A DNA stretch of 32,000 bases from Candidatus Saccharimonadota bacterium (GCF_008189405.1 NZ_CP043316.1:480001-512000); one strand, 5' to 3'; shown: positions 18,230 through 26,774, counted from the stretch's first letter. Numbers and translations: made by a program. Notes: generated by a model from the letters alone, not told the origin.

Positions 18230-19570
18230 ATGAAGAATTTTATGGTGTATGGTGCCGCATTGGCATTATATAATACTGCTCACTCTATAGGGTATTATGA
18301 AGAAGCAATTAGAAAATATGATAATCATTTGTACTTATGCTTGGAGAAAGTCAACAAATCCAATAAAACATTTCCATTAGATGCATTTGATCTTATTATT
18401 TCGTATGTTTACAGAAAAGATAGCATGGGTGATATTATTAACTGCGTTGGATTACGTTGTAGTGCACAAAGTGGTTTGGATAAACTATATCTAAATCATG
18501 TAGTCGGAGTCATGCAATTAATATCAAGCTGTTATAATTATGAAAGTTTATATTTGGATAATGCAAACTTAAGCGAAGTAAATCCTCATATATGCACAAT
18601 GGGTGCCAGATTGGAAAAATTAGTATTAAGTCATAATCAAATAAAATTATCATACCCAGCAAACAGCAAACCAATTCCTAATGTAGGTGATCTAACTAAG
18701 CTAGCAGAATTAGATTTAGGATCAAACAATATCACATCACTACCTGAATATGTATATAAATTAGAGAACTTATGGAGATTAGATTTGAGTTCTAATGACT
18801 TAGAATCTCTTGATCCTGTATTAGCTCCTATAGCTCCTATAGTCATCACTAAGAAGGTTAAAGAGTCATTTTTTAGCAGATTATTTAAGAAAAACAAAAA
18901 GGTAGAAGCAAAACCATTAGTTGATTCTCCTAGAAGATCATATGATTTGAGCGATTTGAAAAATATGGAAATGTTGAATTTAAATAACAATCAACTTACT
19001 GAATTGCCACAGTCAATTGGACGCTTAAAAGAATTACGAGAGTTAAGTGCTGATGCAAATCAACTTACTGAATTGCCTGATTTAAGTAACTCAAATAAAT
19101 TAGAGAGGTTATGTATAAAATTCAATAACATAACAGTGTTCCCTACTTTAAGTTTCAGTATTAGAATATTAAATTTAGCATTCAATCAAATTGAACTGCT
19201 ACCTAATATCAATCATTTAGTAAATGCGGAAGAAATCTACCTAAATAACAACTGCATCAAACTACTACCTAATATAAATAATTTATCTAATCTAAAAGTA
19301 CTACATTTGCATGTCAATAAACTGACTAAATCACCTAACGTAGATGGGTTAACCGAATTAAAAGTATTAAGATTGGAAAGAAATCCAATTGTACAAGATA
19401 GCCAATCTTCTGCAGCACAAAGTGAATGTGATAATCAAAATTCCACAAAAGATTCCCAAGAAGATGAGAGTCATGGAAATTCATTAAGAGAAGAAGCATA
19501 CAGCAGACCAGATTCCGTAGGAAGTGAATGGGTATTACCAGAATCCCCATTATCTCAACCTTCTGATTAA
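18230..19570 (+). CDS. Leucine-rich-repeat protein (446 aa) with a 23-residue LTELPxSIG-type repeat
   Basis: The N-terminus is signal-like (MKNFMVYGAALALYNTAHS). Two LRR blocks follow (e.g. LNLNNNQLTELPQSIGRLKELRELSADANQLTELP), split by a basic insert. The 59-aa C-terminal tail is acidic and Ser/Gln-rich. Confidence 0.87.
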   Translation: MKNFMVYGAALALYNTAHSIGYYEEAIRKYDNHLYLCLEKVNKSNKTFPLDAFDLIISYVYRKDSMGDIINCVGLRCSAQSGLDKLYLNHVVGVMQLISSCYNYESLYLDNANLSEVNPHICTMGARLEKLVLSHNQIKLSYPANSKPIPNVGDLTKLAELDLGSNNITSLPEYVYKLENLWRLDLSSNDLESLDPVLAPIAPIVITKKVKESFFSRLFKKNKKVEAKPLVDSPRRSYDLSDLKNMEMLNLNNNQLTELPQSIGRLKELRELSADANQLTELPDLSNSNKLERLCIKFNNITVFPTLSFSIRILNLAFNQIELLPNINHLVNAEEIYLNNNCIKLLPNINNLSNLKVLHLHVNKLTKSPNVDGLTELKVLRLERNPIVQDSQSSAAQSECDNQNSTKDSQEDESHGNSLREEAYSRPDSVGSEWVLPESPLSQPSD

Positions 19571-19698
19571 ATTTTTTAATTATTAAAATCTAGATTTGAA
19601 ATATATCATTTAGACACATCATTGAAACAAAATCATCAATTTGAATTAACTAAAAACACTGGATTGCCAAATCATTATACATCAACTACAATGCACCA

Positions 19699-21801
19699 AT
19701 GAATTATACAAAGAGAATAAATTTACTATGTTTCCTAGCATCATGTAGTATAAATGCAAGTTATATTGATGAAGTGTGCCATGAAGTATCTTATGAATAT
19801 ATTGGGCAATGTCGTAAATCAATACAATTTGATCAATGCAAATTTTTGCAGGAATTCCTGTTCAGAAAAACAAAAAAAAATCTACCAAGAGGCGCATATG
19901 ATTCTGTAATGTCATTTATGCACATAGATGATCATTATTTTATGCATTTAAGTGACCATATGCTCAATATTTTTTGTGAAAAGCATATAGCAAGCGATGA
20001 TCATATGAAAGAATATATACTAAAATTATCTTTTAATATAATAGAGCCTCATATAATACAAAGGACAAAAAGGTTGCGTGAACCTTTATTAGAATTAGAT
20101 AATACCCCAAACTATATAAGCAAACTAACTGAATTAACGGAATTATGTTTACACTACAGTGACTTAGAGGTATTGCCTTCATTTGTAGCCAACCTCACCA
20201 AATTAACTAATTTAAGCTTTGGCCAAAAACAATTAAAAGTATTACCAGAATTCATTGGAAACTTACGTGAGTTAATATATTTGCACTTATCTTGCCCTCA
20301 ATTAGAAACACTACCAGATTCTATTGGGAATTTAAATAAATTGACAGAGCTTAATTTATACAGTGAGTGCGGTAATAAATTAGAAGCATTCCCAAATTCT
20401 ATAGGAAATTTAACAGAATTGACAATGTTTGATTTTGCACGTAGTCAAATCAAACTATTGCCAAATTCTATAGGGAATTTAAATAAATTAGTCTATATTT
20501 ACTTAGAAGATAATCAATTAGAAGTATTACCAGATTCTATAGGGAATTTAATAAGCTTGAAAAGATTAGAATTAGCACGTAATAAACTAAACGTATTGCC
20601 ACAATCTATAGGAAATTTGATGGAATTGAGAGTTCTGATTCTGTCACATAATAAATTAGAAGTATTGCCAAATTCTATAGGAAATTTAAATAAGTTGAAA
20701 TATTTAATATTAATTGATAATCAACTAAAAATGCTACCAGATTCTATCGGAAATTTAACTAGCTTGCAGGAATTACCCCTGTCAAATAATCGATTAAAGG
20801 TATTACCAGAATCTATTGGAAATTTAATTAGCTTGAAAGATTTACACCTGGATTGTAATCAACTAAGAACACTTCCAGAATCTATAGGAAATTTAACTAA
20901 TTTGATAGATATGCCATTACATAATAATCAATTAGAAGAACTCCCAAAGTCCATAGGAAATTTAAATAAATTAAAATACTTTCGTATAGAAAATAATCAA
21001 TTAAAAGTATTACCAGAATCTATTGGTAAATTAATTTTATTAGTATGGTTAAACTTAGCACATAACCAATTAGAAGAATTACCAGAATCTATAGGCAATC
21101 TAAATAAATTAGAAAAATTAGAACTATCACATAATCGACTCAAAGTATTGCCACAATCTATACAGGCATTAAAAAACTTGGAAAAATTATTTATGTCATA
21201 TAATCTACTCAAAGTATTGCCACAATCTATACAGGTATTAAAAAACTTGGAAAAATTATTTATGACACATAATCAATTAGAAACACTTCCAGAGTCGATA
21301 CAAAATTGCACAAAATTAAGATTATTAGATTTAGAACATAATCAATTAAAAGCACTGCCAAGATATATGAAAGACTCTATCACAACACTAATAAGACTTG
21401 ATTTATCATATAATCAATTAGAGACACTTCCACAGCTTACACAAGATTTAGTAGGATTAGGATCGCTATCCTTATCACTAGCACATAATCCATTAAAAAT
21501 ATTGCCAGAACAGTATATAGAATATGCTATAAGCTTAGAATCATTATATGTATCGTATGATCAATTAGAAGAATTGTCAAAATATATTATTAGTTTAAAT
21601 GAATTCACACATAAGCTACAAGGAAATACTGTGCTACTAAACAGTATTTTCGTATTAGATATGGATAAAAAAAATACGGCAGACACTACAACAATTAGGT
21701 ATCATATAAAATTGGGTGGGAAAATTGCAATGACGGATTATCCTAAATGTATTATATCAAAATGGTGGACTACAAAAGCAAGAGTAATTGGATTAGAATA
21801 A
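19699..21801 (+). CDS. Leucine-rich-repeat protein (700 aa), about 20 LPxSIGNLxxLxxLxLxxNxL repeats, putative lipoprotein
   Basis: The N-terminus MNYTKRINLLCFLASC fits a lipobox (L-A-S-C). A non-repeat domain of about 140 aa is followed by about 20 highly regular 23-residue repeats and a non-repeat C-terminal domain of about 90 aa. Confidence 0.9.
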   Translation: MNYTKRINLLCFLASCSINASYIDEVCHEVSYEYIGQCRKSIQFDQCKFLQEFLFRKTKKNLPRGAYDSVMSFMHIDDHYFMHLSDHMLNIFCEKHIASDDHMKEYILKLSFNIIEPHIIQRTKRLREPLLELDNTPNYISKLTELTELCLHYSDLEVLPSFVANLTKLTNLSFGQKQLKVLPEFIGNLRELIYLHLSCPQLETLPDSIGNLNKLTELNLYSECGNKLEAFPNSIGNLTELTMFDFARSQIKLLPNSIGNLNKLVYIYLEDNQLEVLPDSIGNLISLKRLELARNKLNVLPQSIGNLMELRVLILSHNKLEVLPNSIGNLNKLKYLILIDNQLKMLPDSIGNLTSLQELPLSNNRLKVLPESIGNLISLKDLHLDCNQLRTLPESIGNLTNLIDMPLHNNQLEELPKSIGNLNKLKYFRIENNQLKVLPESIGKLILLVWLNLAHNQLEELPESIGNLNKLEKLELSHNRLKVLPQSIQALKNLEKLFMSYNLLKVLPQSIQVLKNLEKLFMTHNQLETLPESIQNCTKLRLLDLEHNQLKALPRYMKDSITTLIRLDLSYNQLETLPQLTQDLVGLGSLSLSLAHNPLKILPEQYIEYAISLESLYVSYDQLEELSKYIISLNEFTHKLQGNTVLLNSIFVLDMDKKNTADTTTIRYHIKLGGKIAMTDYPKCIISKWWTTKARVIGLE
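21139..21264. repeat. Near-perfect 69-bp tandem duplication inside the 700-aa LRR gene
   Basis: ctcaaagtattgccacaatctatacagg[c/t]attaaaaaacttggaaaaattatttatg occurs at 21139-21195 and again at 21208-21264, with 56/57 nt identical. It encodes LKVLPQSIQ[A/V]LKNLEKLFM twice. Confidence 0.9.
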
Positions 21802-21809
21802 ATATAATT

Positions 21810-23663
21810 TCAAATCAAAATCTCCCTCTTACCAGATCGATCTGGTTTACTTACAACTCCCTGCTCTTCCATAGATTCAACAATACGTGCAGCCCTATTA
21901 TATCCAATTTGCAATTGACGCTGAATGTAACTAATTGATACTTTTTTATCTCGTAAAATAACTTGTACAGCCTGTACGTACATGGGATCATTATTTTCTT
22001 CCTCATCAAGATTATGTTCTTTAACTTCTAATTCTATATAAACAGGCTCTCTCTGCTCTTTTAAAAAATTTGTAATTTCCTGAACTTCATCATCAGATAC
22101 AAAAGGAGCTTGGATTCTTGTAGTAGGGTAACCAGGAGAAAGATAAAGCATATCTCCTTTTCCTAGCAACTGCTCTGCTCCACTATTATCTCCCATAATT
22201 GTTCTGCTATCAATTTTGGATGCTAATTGGAATGTTATTCGTACTGGGAAATTGGATTTAATTGTTCCTGTAATAACGTCTACTGATGGCCTTTGAGTAG
22301 CCATAATAATATGTATTCCGGCTGCACGAGCCATTTGAGCTAATCTCTGTACGGACACTTCAATTTCTTTTCCAGCTGTCATCATCAGGTCAGCCATTTC
22401 ATCTACTACTATAACCAAATATGGCATTTTCTCGTACTTTTTATCAGTTTTTGCTTTAAAAGATTCACGCTGTACTTTTTCATTGAAACTTGAAATATTT
22501 CTCACTTCAACTTCAGAAAGTAATTTATATCTCCTTTCCATTTCTTGTACTGCCCATTTCAAAACTTTTACAGCTTCTTGAGGGTTAGTGACAACTGGGG
22601 TAAGAAGATGTGGGATTCCATTGTAAACTGATAATTCTAATTGCTTAGGATCAACCAATATAAACTTACAGTCATCTGGATCTTTTGAATATAACAGAGA
22701 AAGCATCATACTATGCATCGAAACAGATTTACCTGAACCTGTAGTTCCTGACACAAGCAAATGAGGCATTTGATTTAAATCTACGATAATTGGTTTCCCA
22801 GTTATATCACAGCCTAATGCTAATGGTAAATTACAATTATTATTCTGGAAAACACTAGAATCTAGCACATCACGCAAGTTAATCAAATTCCTAACTTTAT
22901 TTGGCAATTCAATTCCTAGTAGATTCTTACCTGGAATAGTTGAAATACGGGCAGAAAGAGACTCAGTAGAACGTGCAATATCATCAGATAAGTTTATGAT
23001 TTTTGATGCTTTTACCCCTGGCGCAGGTTCAAATTCAAACATCGTAACAACTGGCCCATTATGCTGGTTTAGTAGCTTTCCTTCCACTTTATATTCATTC
23101 AATATTTTTTGTAATAATTCTTTCGAAATGCTTTCTGATCTTTTTGATTTAGATGAAGACAGAAATGAAACTTTAGGCAGCATAAAAGAAGATTTAATCG
23201 TTTTGGCTTTTTTATTTATACTTTTAACAGATTTCACTTTATTTGTTTCTGGAGATTTTGTACGATTTCCAAATATGTGATTTCCTAATATACCACTCTT
23301 AAATATACGTTTGTAACCATAGTAATATAAATATAAGAATAGTATTGGCACATAAATGTAAGCAGAAATAGCAGAAATGAACTGCTTATTGATCATTCCG
23401 AACATTCCACCTAATTGCATATTATTCGTAAATTTAAAAGTTCTTACAATTCCAAATTTATCTAAATCACCCAAAATAATACTAGATATTACAGCAAGCA
23501 GTATCGAATGTAGTTTCAAAAAAGGAATAAAAGGCGCAATCAGAATTGTTAATCCAAAAAAATCATATAATGCAGTTAAGGTATGGTATGAATTCCACCC
23601 AGAATTAAAAAAACAATACATATACATAATTGATATAGCTGAATATAAATATTTAATAATCAT
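21810..23663 (-). CDS. ftsK: DNA translocase FtsK (short form)
   Basis: N-terminal TM helices are followed by a motor domain with Walker A VSGTTGSGKS and Walker B LVIVVDEMADLM. The C-terminal winged-helix gamma domain is SISYIQRQLQIGYNRAARIVESMEEQGVV. Confidence 0.93.
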   Translation of the reverse strand: MIIKYLYSAISIMYMYCFFNSGWNSYHTLTALYDFFGLTILIAPFIPFLKLHSILLAVISSIILGDLDKFGIVRTFKFTNNMQLGGMFGMINKQFISAISAYIYVPILFLYLYYYGYKRIFKSGILGNHIFGNRTKSPETNKVKSVKSINKKAKTIKSSFMLPKVSFLSSSKSKRSESISKELLQKILNEYKVEGKLLNQHNGPVVTMFEFEPAPGVKASKIINLSDDIARSTESLSARISTIPGKNLLGIELPNKVRNLINLRDVLDSSVFQNNNCNLPLALGCDITGKPIIVDLNQMPHLLVSGTTGSGKSVSMHSMMLSLLYSKDPDDCKFILVDPKQLELSVYNGIPHLLTPVVTNPQEAVKVLKWAVQEMERRYKLLSEVEVRNISSFNEKVQRESFKAKTDKKYEKMPYLVIVVDEMADLMMTAGKEIEVSVQRLAQMARAAGIHIIMATQRPSVDVITGTIKSNFPVRITFQLASKIDSRTIMGDNSGAEQLLGKGDMLYLSPGYPTTRIQAPFVSDDEVQEITNFLKEQREPVYIELEVKEHNLDEEENNDPMYVQAVQVILRDKKVSISYIQRQLQIGYNRAARIVESMEEQGVVSKPDRSGKREILI

Positions 23664-23712
23664 TATAATATTCCATTCTTTCTATACAATTTTCTATACA
23701 ATCTAAAATTTC

Positions 23713-24399
23713 CTACGATATCCTATAGTGAATACTTAGCCCAGCTCTGCTAACTTTTGGCTTAAATCGGAAGAATCTTGAATCAAATGGAGAAATTGAA
23801 TTGAGTCCAAATGATTTGCTTTCTAGCCTATTAAAACTTGTCACTGCCCATATATATGATATATCAAAGCTTAATTTTGATGATATCTCAAAATACATTC
23901 CACTTTTCACACCAAAAAATGGGACAAAAATACTTTTCTCATCAAATTCTATTTTATTATTATTTGATGGATCGAATATACCAGATGACATATCTATAAA
24001 TGATGCTTCTGGTTTAAATCTTGTTGCACAAATTCCAGGACCAGTATATATTTTCATTTTTCTTGAACCAATCCCAATTTTAGCAAAAAGCTCTAAATTT
24101 AGGTTGTCATTTTTAATCTTTAGATCTAATTCATCACTTGTATAAGTAATAGTTTTATTTACTATACCTATATTAACACTGCCCCCAATATGTACAATTC
24201 TATTGATATTATTCCAATGATCAAATGATAATCCAAAACTAAAATTTTTACTTGTTTTCATCTTTTTACCATTTAAATCATTGTCTGATTTAATTACAGG
24301 TTGCTTAAAATCCTTAGATCCTAATGCAATACCTATTCCAGTATTCGCATACAAATGAGCAGCAAACATACAACTGATTAGAGCACTTCTAATAAACAT
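23713..24399 (-). CDS. Putative small outer-membrane beta-barrel protein
   Basis: A signal peptide (MFIRSALISCMFAAHLYA) is followed by about 8 amphipathic alternating-hydrophobic strands (FSFGLSFDH, LELFAKIGIG, FGVKSGMYFEIS, LSFDISYIWAV, AGLSIHYRI). The C-terminus lacks the usual terminal Phe. The ORF extends to 24417. Confidence 0.6.
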   Translation of the reverse strand: MFIRSALISCMFAAHLYANTGIGIALGSKDFKQPVIKSDNDLNGKKMKTSKNFSFGLSFDHWNNINRIVHIGGSVNIGIVNKTITYTSDELDLKIKNDNLNLELFAKIGIGSRKMKIYTGPGICATRFKPEASFIDMSSGIFDPSNNNKIEFDEKSIFVPFFGVKSGMYFEISSKLSFDISYIWAVTSFNRLESKSFGLNSISPFDSRFFRFKPKVSRAGLSIHYRIS

Positions 24400-24494
24400 A
24401 CACCAATTATAAAGCATATCTACATATAAATTAAGGTACTAAAACAATATAAAAATAAGATGCTAAAATGGTATGAAAATGCTAGAATAGTGAC

Positions 24495-24884
24495 ATGTCA
24501 AACAAACCATACAAACGTAACGAACGATTAGCTTGCCAACTGTTAGATATGATCACAAAAGAAGCATGGATGCTACACGGCAGTATATGTAGCTTTACAT
24601 ACGTTAAATTAAGCAAAGATTTCAAGTATGCAGATGTATATTTACAAACTGATGATGAGAAAAGTCTAGAAATACTACAAGAGTCTGAGCGTGATATTAT
24701 CAAAAAAATCAAAACACAGTGGCATGCAAAATATTTACCAACATTACGATTCCACCTTGATAAAGAGGCAATACGCTTAGATAAATTACAACAAATTTAC
24801 CGAAGTGAAGAATTTAAAACCTATAAAGAAAATGATCAACATAGTAATGACAAAGAAGATGATCACCATAATAGTGACAAATAG
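24495..24884 (+). CDS. rbfA: Ribosome-binding factor A
   Basis: RNERLACQLLDMITKE...SFTYVKLSKDFKYADVYL...PTLRFHLD matches the RbfA KH-like fold pattern. A low-complexity acidic/His C-terminal tail follows. Confidence 0.85.
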   Translation: MSNKPYKRNERLACQLLDMITKEAWMLHGSICSFTYVKLSKDFKYADVYLQTDDEKSLEILQESERDIIKKIKTQWHAKYLPTLRFHLDKEAIRLDKLQQIYRSEEFKTYKENDQHSNDKEDDHHNSDK

Positions 24885-25056
24885 TATAAATTAGCATAGC
24901 AATGATAAAGAATGAAATCATAAAGAAATTATAAAACAAATAATACAAAAGTAATAAATAGAATTATAAAACAATTAAACAAAACAAATAAGTGTATAAA
25001 AACATAAACAAAGATTACATAATATTTATATAATATAAATAATAAATAAAAATGAA

Positions 25057-25130
25057 CACGCTCTATAGGATTCGAACCTATGACCTGTAGCTTAGAAGGC
25101 TATTGCTCTGTCCAGCTGAGCTAAGAGCGC
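25057..25130 (-). tRNA. tRNA-Arg (anticodon UCU)
   Basis: The reverse complement folds as a cloverleaf. The acceptor is GCGCTCT/AGAGCGT. The D arm is GCTC-AGCTGGACA-GAGC, with A20 present. The anticodon arm is ATAGC-CTTCTAA-GCTAC. The variable loop is AGGTC, the T arm is ATAGG-TTCGAAT-CCTAT, and the discriminator is G. No CCA is encoded. Confidence 0.9.
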
Positions 25131-25622
25131 ATACACATTTTATCTCACAAATTAAAATTTATAGCAATAATATGTGCATAATTTTTATAAAACACGATAT
25201 AAAATATACGATATATAGATAAAATATTTTATCTAAGTTCTAAATATTCTTAATCACAATGCAAAAATATCACTATGCAATATATAAATAGTAAGAACGT
25301 ACGAAAGAGTGCATAAGAAATATAACAGATTACAAAAGCAATCTAGTAGATTAAGCATGCATTATAATATTTATATATAATTCCCTCACATCAACCCTTC
25401 TGCATAAGCACCTTAATATCCATTCTACTAACTGACACCTAATACAGTTCTTCATATAAATAGAGCAACAAACCTATGAAGGAAGTTTAAGTAAGTAGGA
25501 TGAATCAGAATAAATAAACAGATTACATAATATTAATTTCATAGCCATATAAAATAATGTGATTTAATGTGAAATACATAATTATTATCTAAAATCGATA
25601 AAAATTACAGTTTTGATTAATT

Positions 25623-26120
25623 TTAAGCTCTTTTAGCTTTTGGTTTTCTTGAATATCCCAAACCTGAGTCAACAGCAAGTTTTTGTCTTACTTTTGAATA
25701 GTTAGGAGCTACAACAGGATAGTCTGCTGGCAAATTCCATCGTTCTTTATATGCATCCAAAGACATGTGATATCTATTTTGCAAATATCTCTTCAAAACT
25801 TTAAGTTTCTTTCCATCTTCTAAACAGACCAAGTAATCTTCATGTATTGATTCTTCTACTGGCACAGCAGGCTTTAATGGCTTGCCTGGAGATCTAAATA
25901 CTTCTTTTACTTGACTCTTCATTGAATAAAGTAATTCTTTGATTTGATCTACCGAAATTGGCTCATGAGAATTATTCATGTATGACGCAAATACTTGAAT
26001 AGTTGCATCTATGATAATATCTGATTCTGAGTCATATTCGTTATTAAAAAGACTTTCTTCATCTAACATAGAATCATCATCTATGTTCAAATCGTCTTCC
26101 ATATGCTTATGTTCATTCAT
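25623..26120 (-). CDS. mucR: Ros/MucR-family transcriptional regulator with a degenerate zinc site
   Basis: The C-terminal LVCLEDGKKLKVLKRYLQNRYHMSLDAYKERWNLPADYPVVAPNYSKVRQKLAVDSGLG aligns with the Ros/MucR DNA-binding domain. The N-terminal IDATIQVFASYMNN aligns with the oligomerisation region. The start at 26120 lies downstream of AGAGGGAGGG. The ORF extends to 26147. Confidence 0.87.
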   Translation of the reverse strand: MNEHKHMEDDLNIDDDSMLDEESLFNNEYDSESDIIIDATIQVFASYMNNSHEPISVDQIKELLYSMKSQVKEVFRSPGKPLKPAVPVEESIHEDYLVCLEDGKKLKVLKRYLQNRYHMSLDAYKERWNLPADYPVVAPNYSKVRQKLAVDSGLGYSRKPKAKRA

Positions 26121-26249
26121 GGTATTATATACCCTCCCTCTAAACATTAAATCTAATTAACTTATAGACAGCTAGATTGATAAATTATACATAATTTACT
26201 TATGAAATCAAGAGTAGATTGCTGAAAAATTATTTGGTATTCTAGTAGT

Positions 26250-26774
26250 GTGTATAGTTTTCCCAATTTTAAGAATCATAAATCTCAAAAAGGTTCATTT
26301 CTTGCGGCATCTCCATTTATAACAAATAAAACATTACAAAATGCTGTTATAGTAATATTAGAGTGTAATGAATCTATTGTTTCTGCTGTAAAAATAAACC
26401 AAACCAAATTAAAGCAAGAAGAATATTGCTCTTACCCAATGTATGATGGTGGTTTATCTGATCATAAAAAAATATTACTTTTGCATAGTGGTGATAAAAA
26501 ATTAGCAAATACTAATCAGCTTACTGAAGATATATTTGTAACAGATATGGATGAAACAACTCAATTTTATCCAAAAAAATATTATGCAGTGCCTGGATGT
26601 ATGAGTTGGATGTATGAAGACTTCATGAAAGAAGTGAAGAATAGTGAATGGATTCCTGTAATGGGATCTAGCAAGCTAGTATTTGATACGCCAATAATTA
26701 AAAGATGGCATGAAGCATATAGATCATGTGGAATACGACCAGAATTGATCCAACGTGAATATGCTATAAACTAA
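26250..26774 (+). CDS. YqgE/AlgH-family (UPF0301) protein
   Basis: GSFLAASPFI...LQNAVIVILECNE...AVKINQ, GGL...LLLHS, GCMSWMYEDFMKEV...WIPV and LVFDTPIIKRWHEAYRSCGI follow the YqgE/AlgH pattern. The start codon is GTG. Confidence 0.8.
   Translation: MYSFPNFKNHKSQKGSFLAASPFITNKTLQNAVIVILECNESIVSAVKINQTKLKQEEYCSYPMYDGGLSDHKKILLLHSGDKKLANTNQLTEDIFVTDMDETTQFYPKKYYAVPGCMSWMYEDFMKEVKNSEWIPVMGSSKLVFDTPIIKRWHEAYRSCGIRPELIQREYAIN

Noticed and set aside
19872-19880. A9 homopolymer in the 5' part of the 700-aa LRR gene as a phase-variation switch
   Set aside because: Comparable A/T runs occur in housekeeping genes in this window, for example the T-run at the 5' end of pnp around 3225-3237. The tract is therefore not distinctive in this AT-rich genome.
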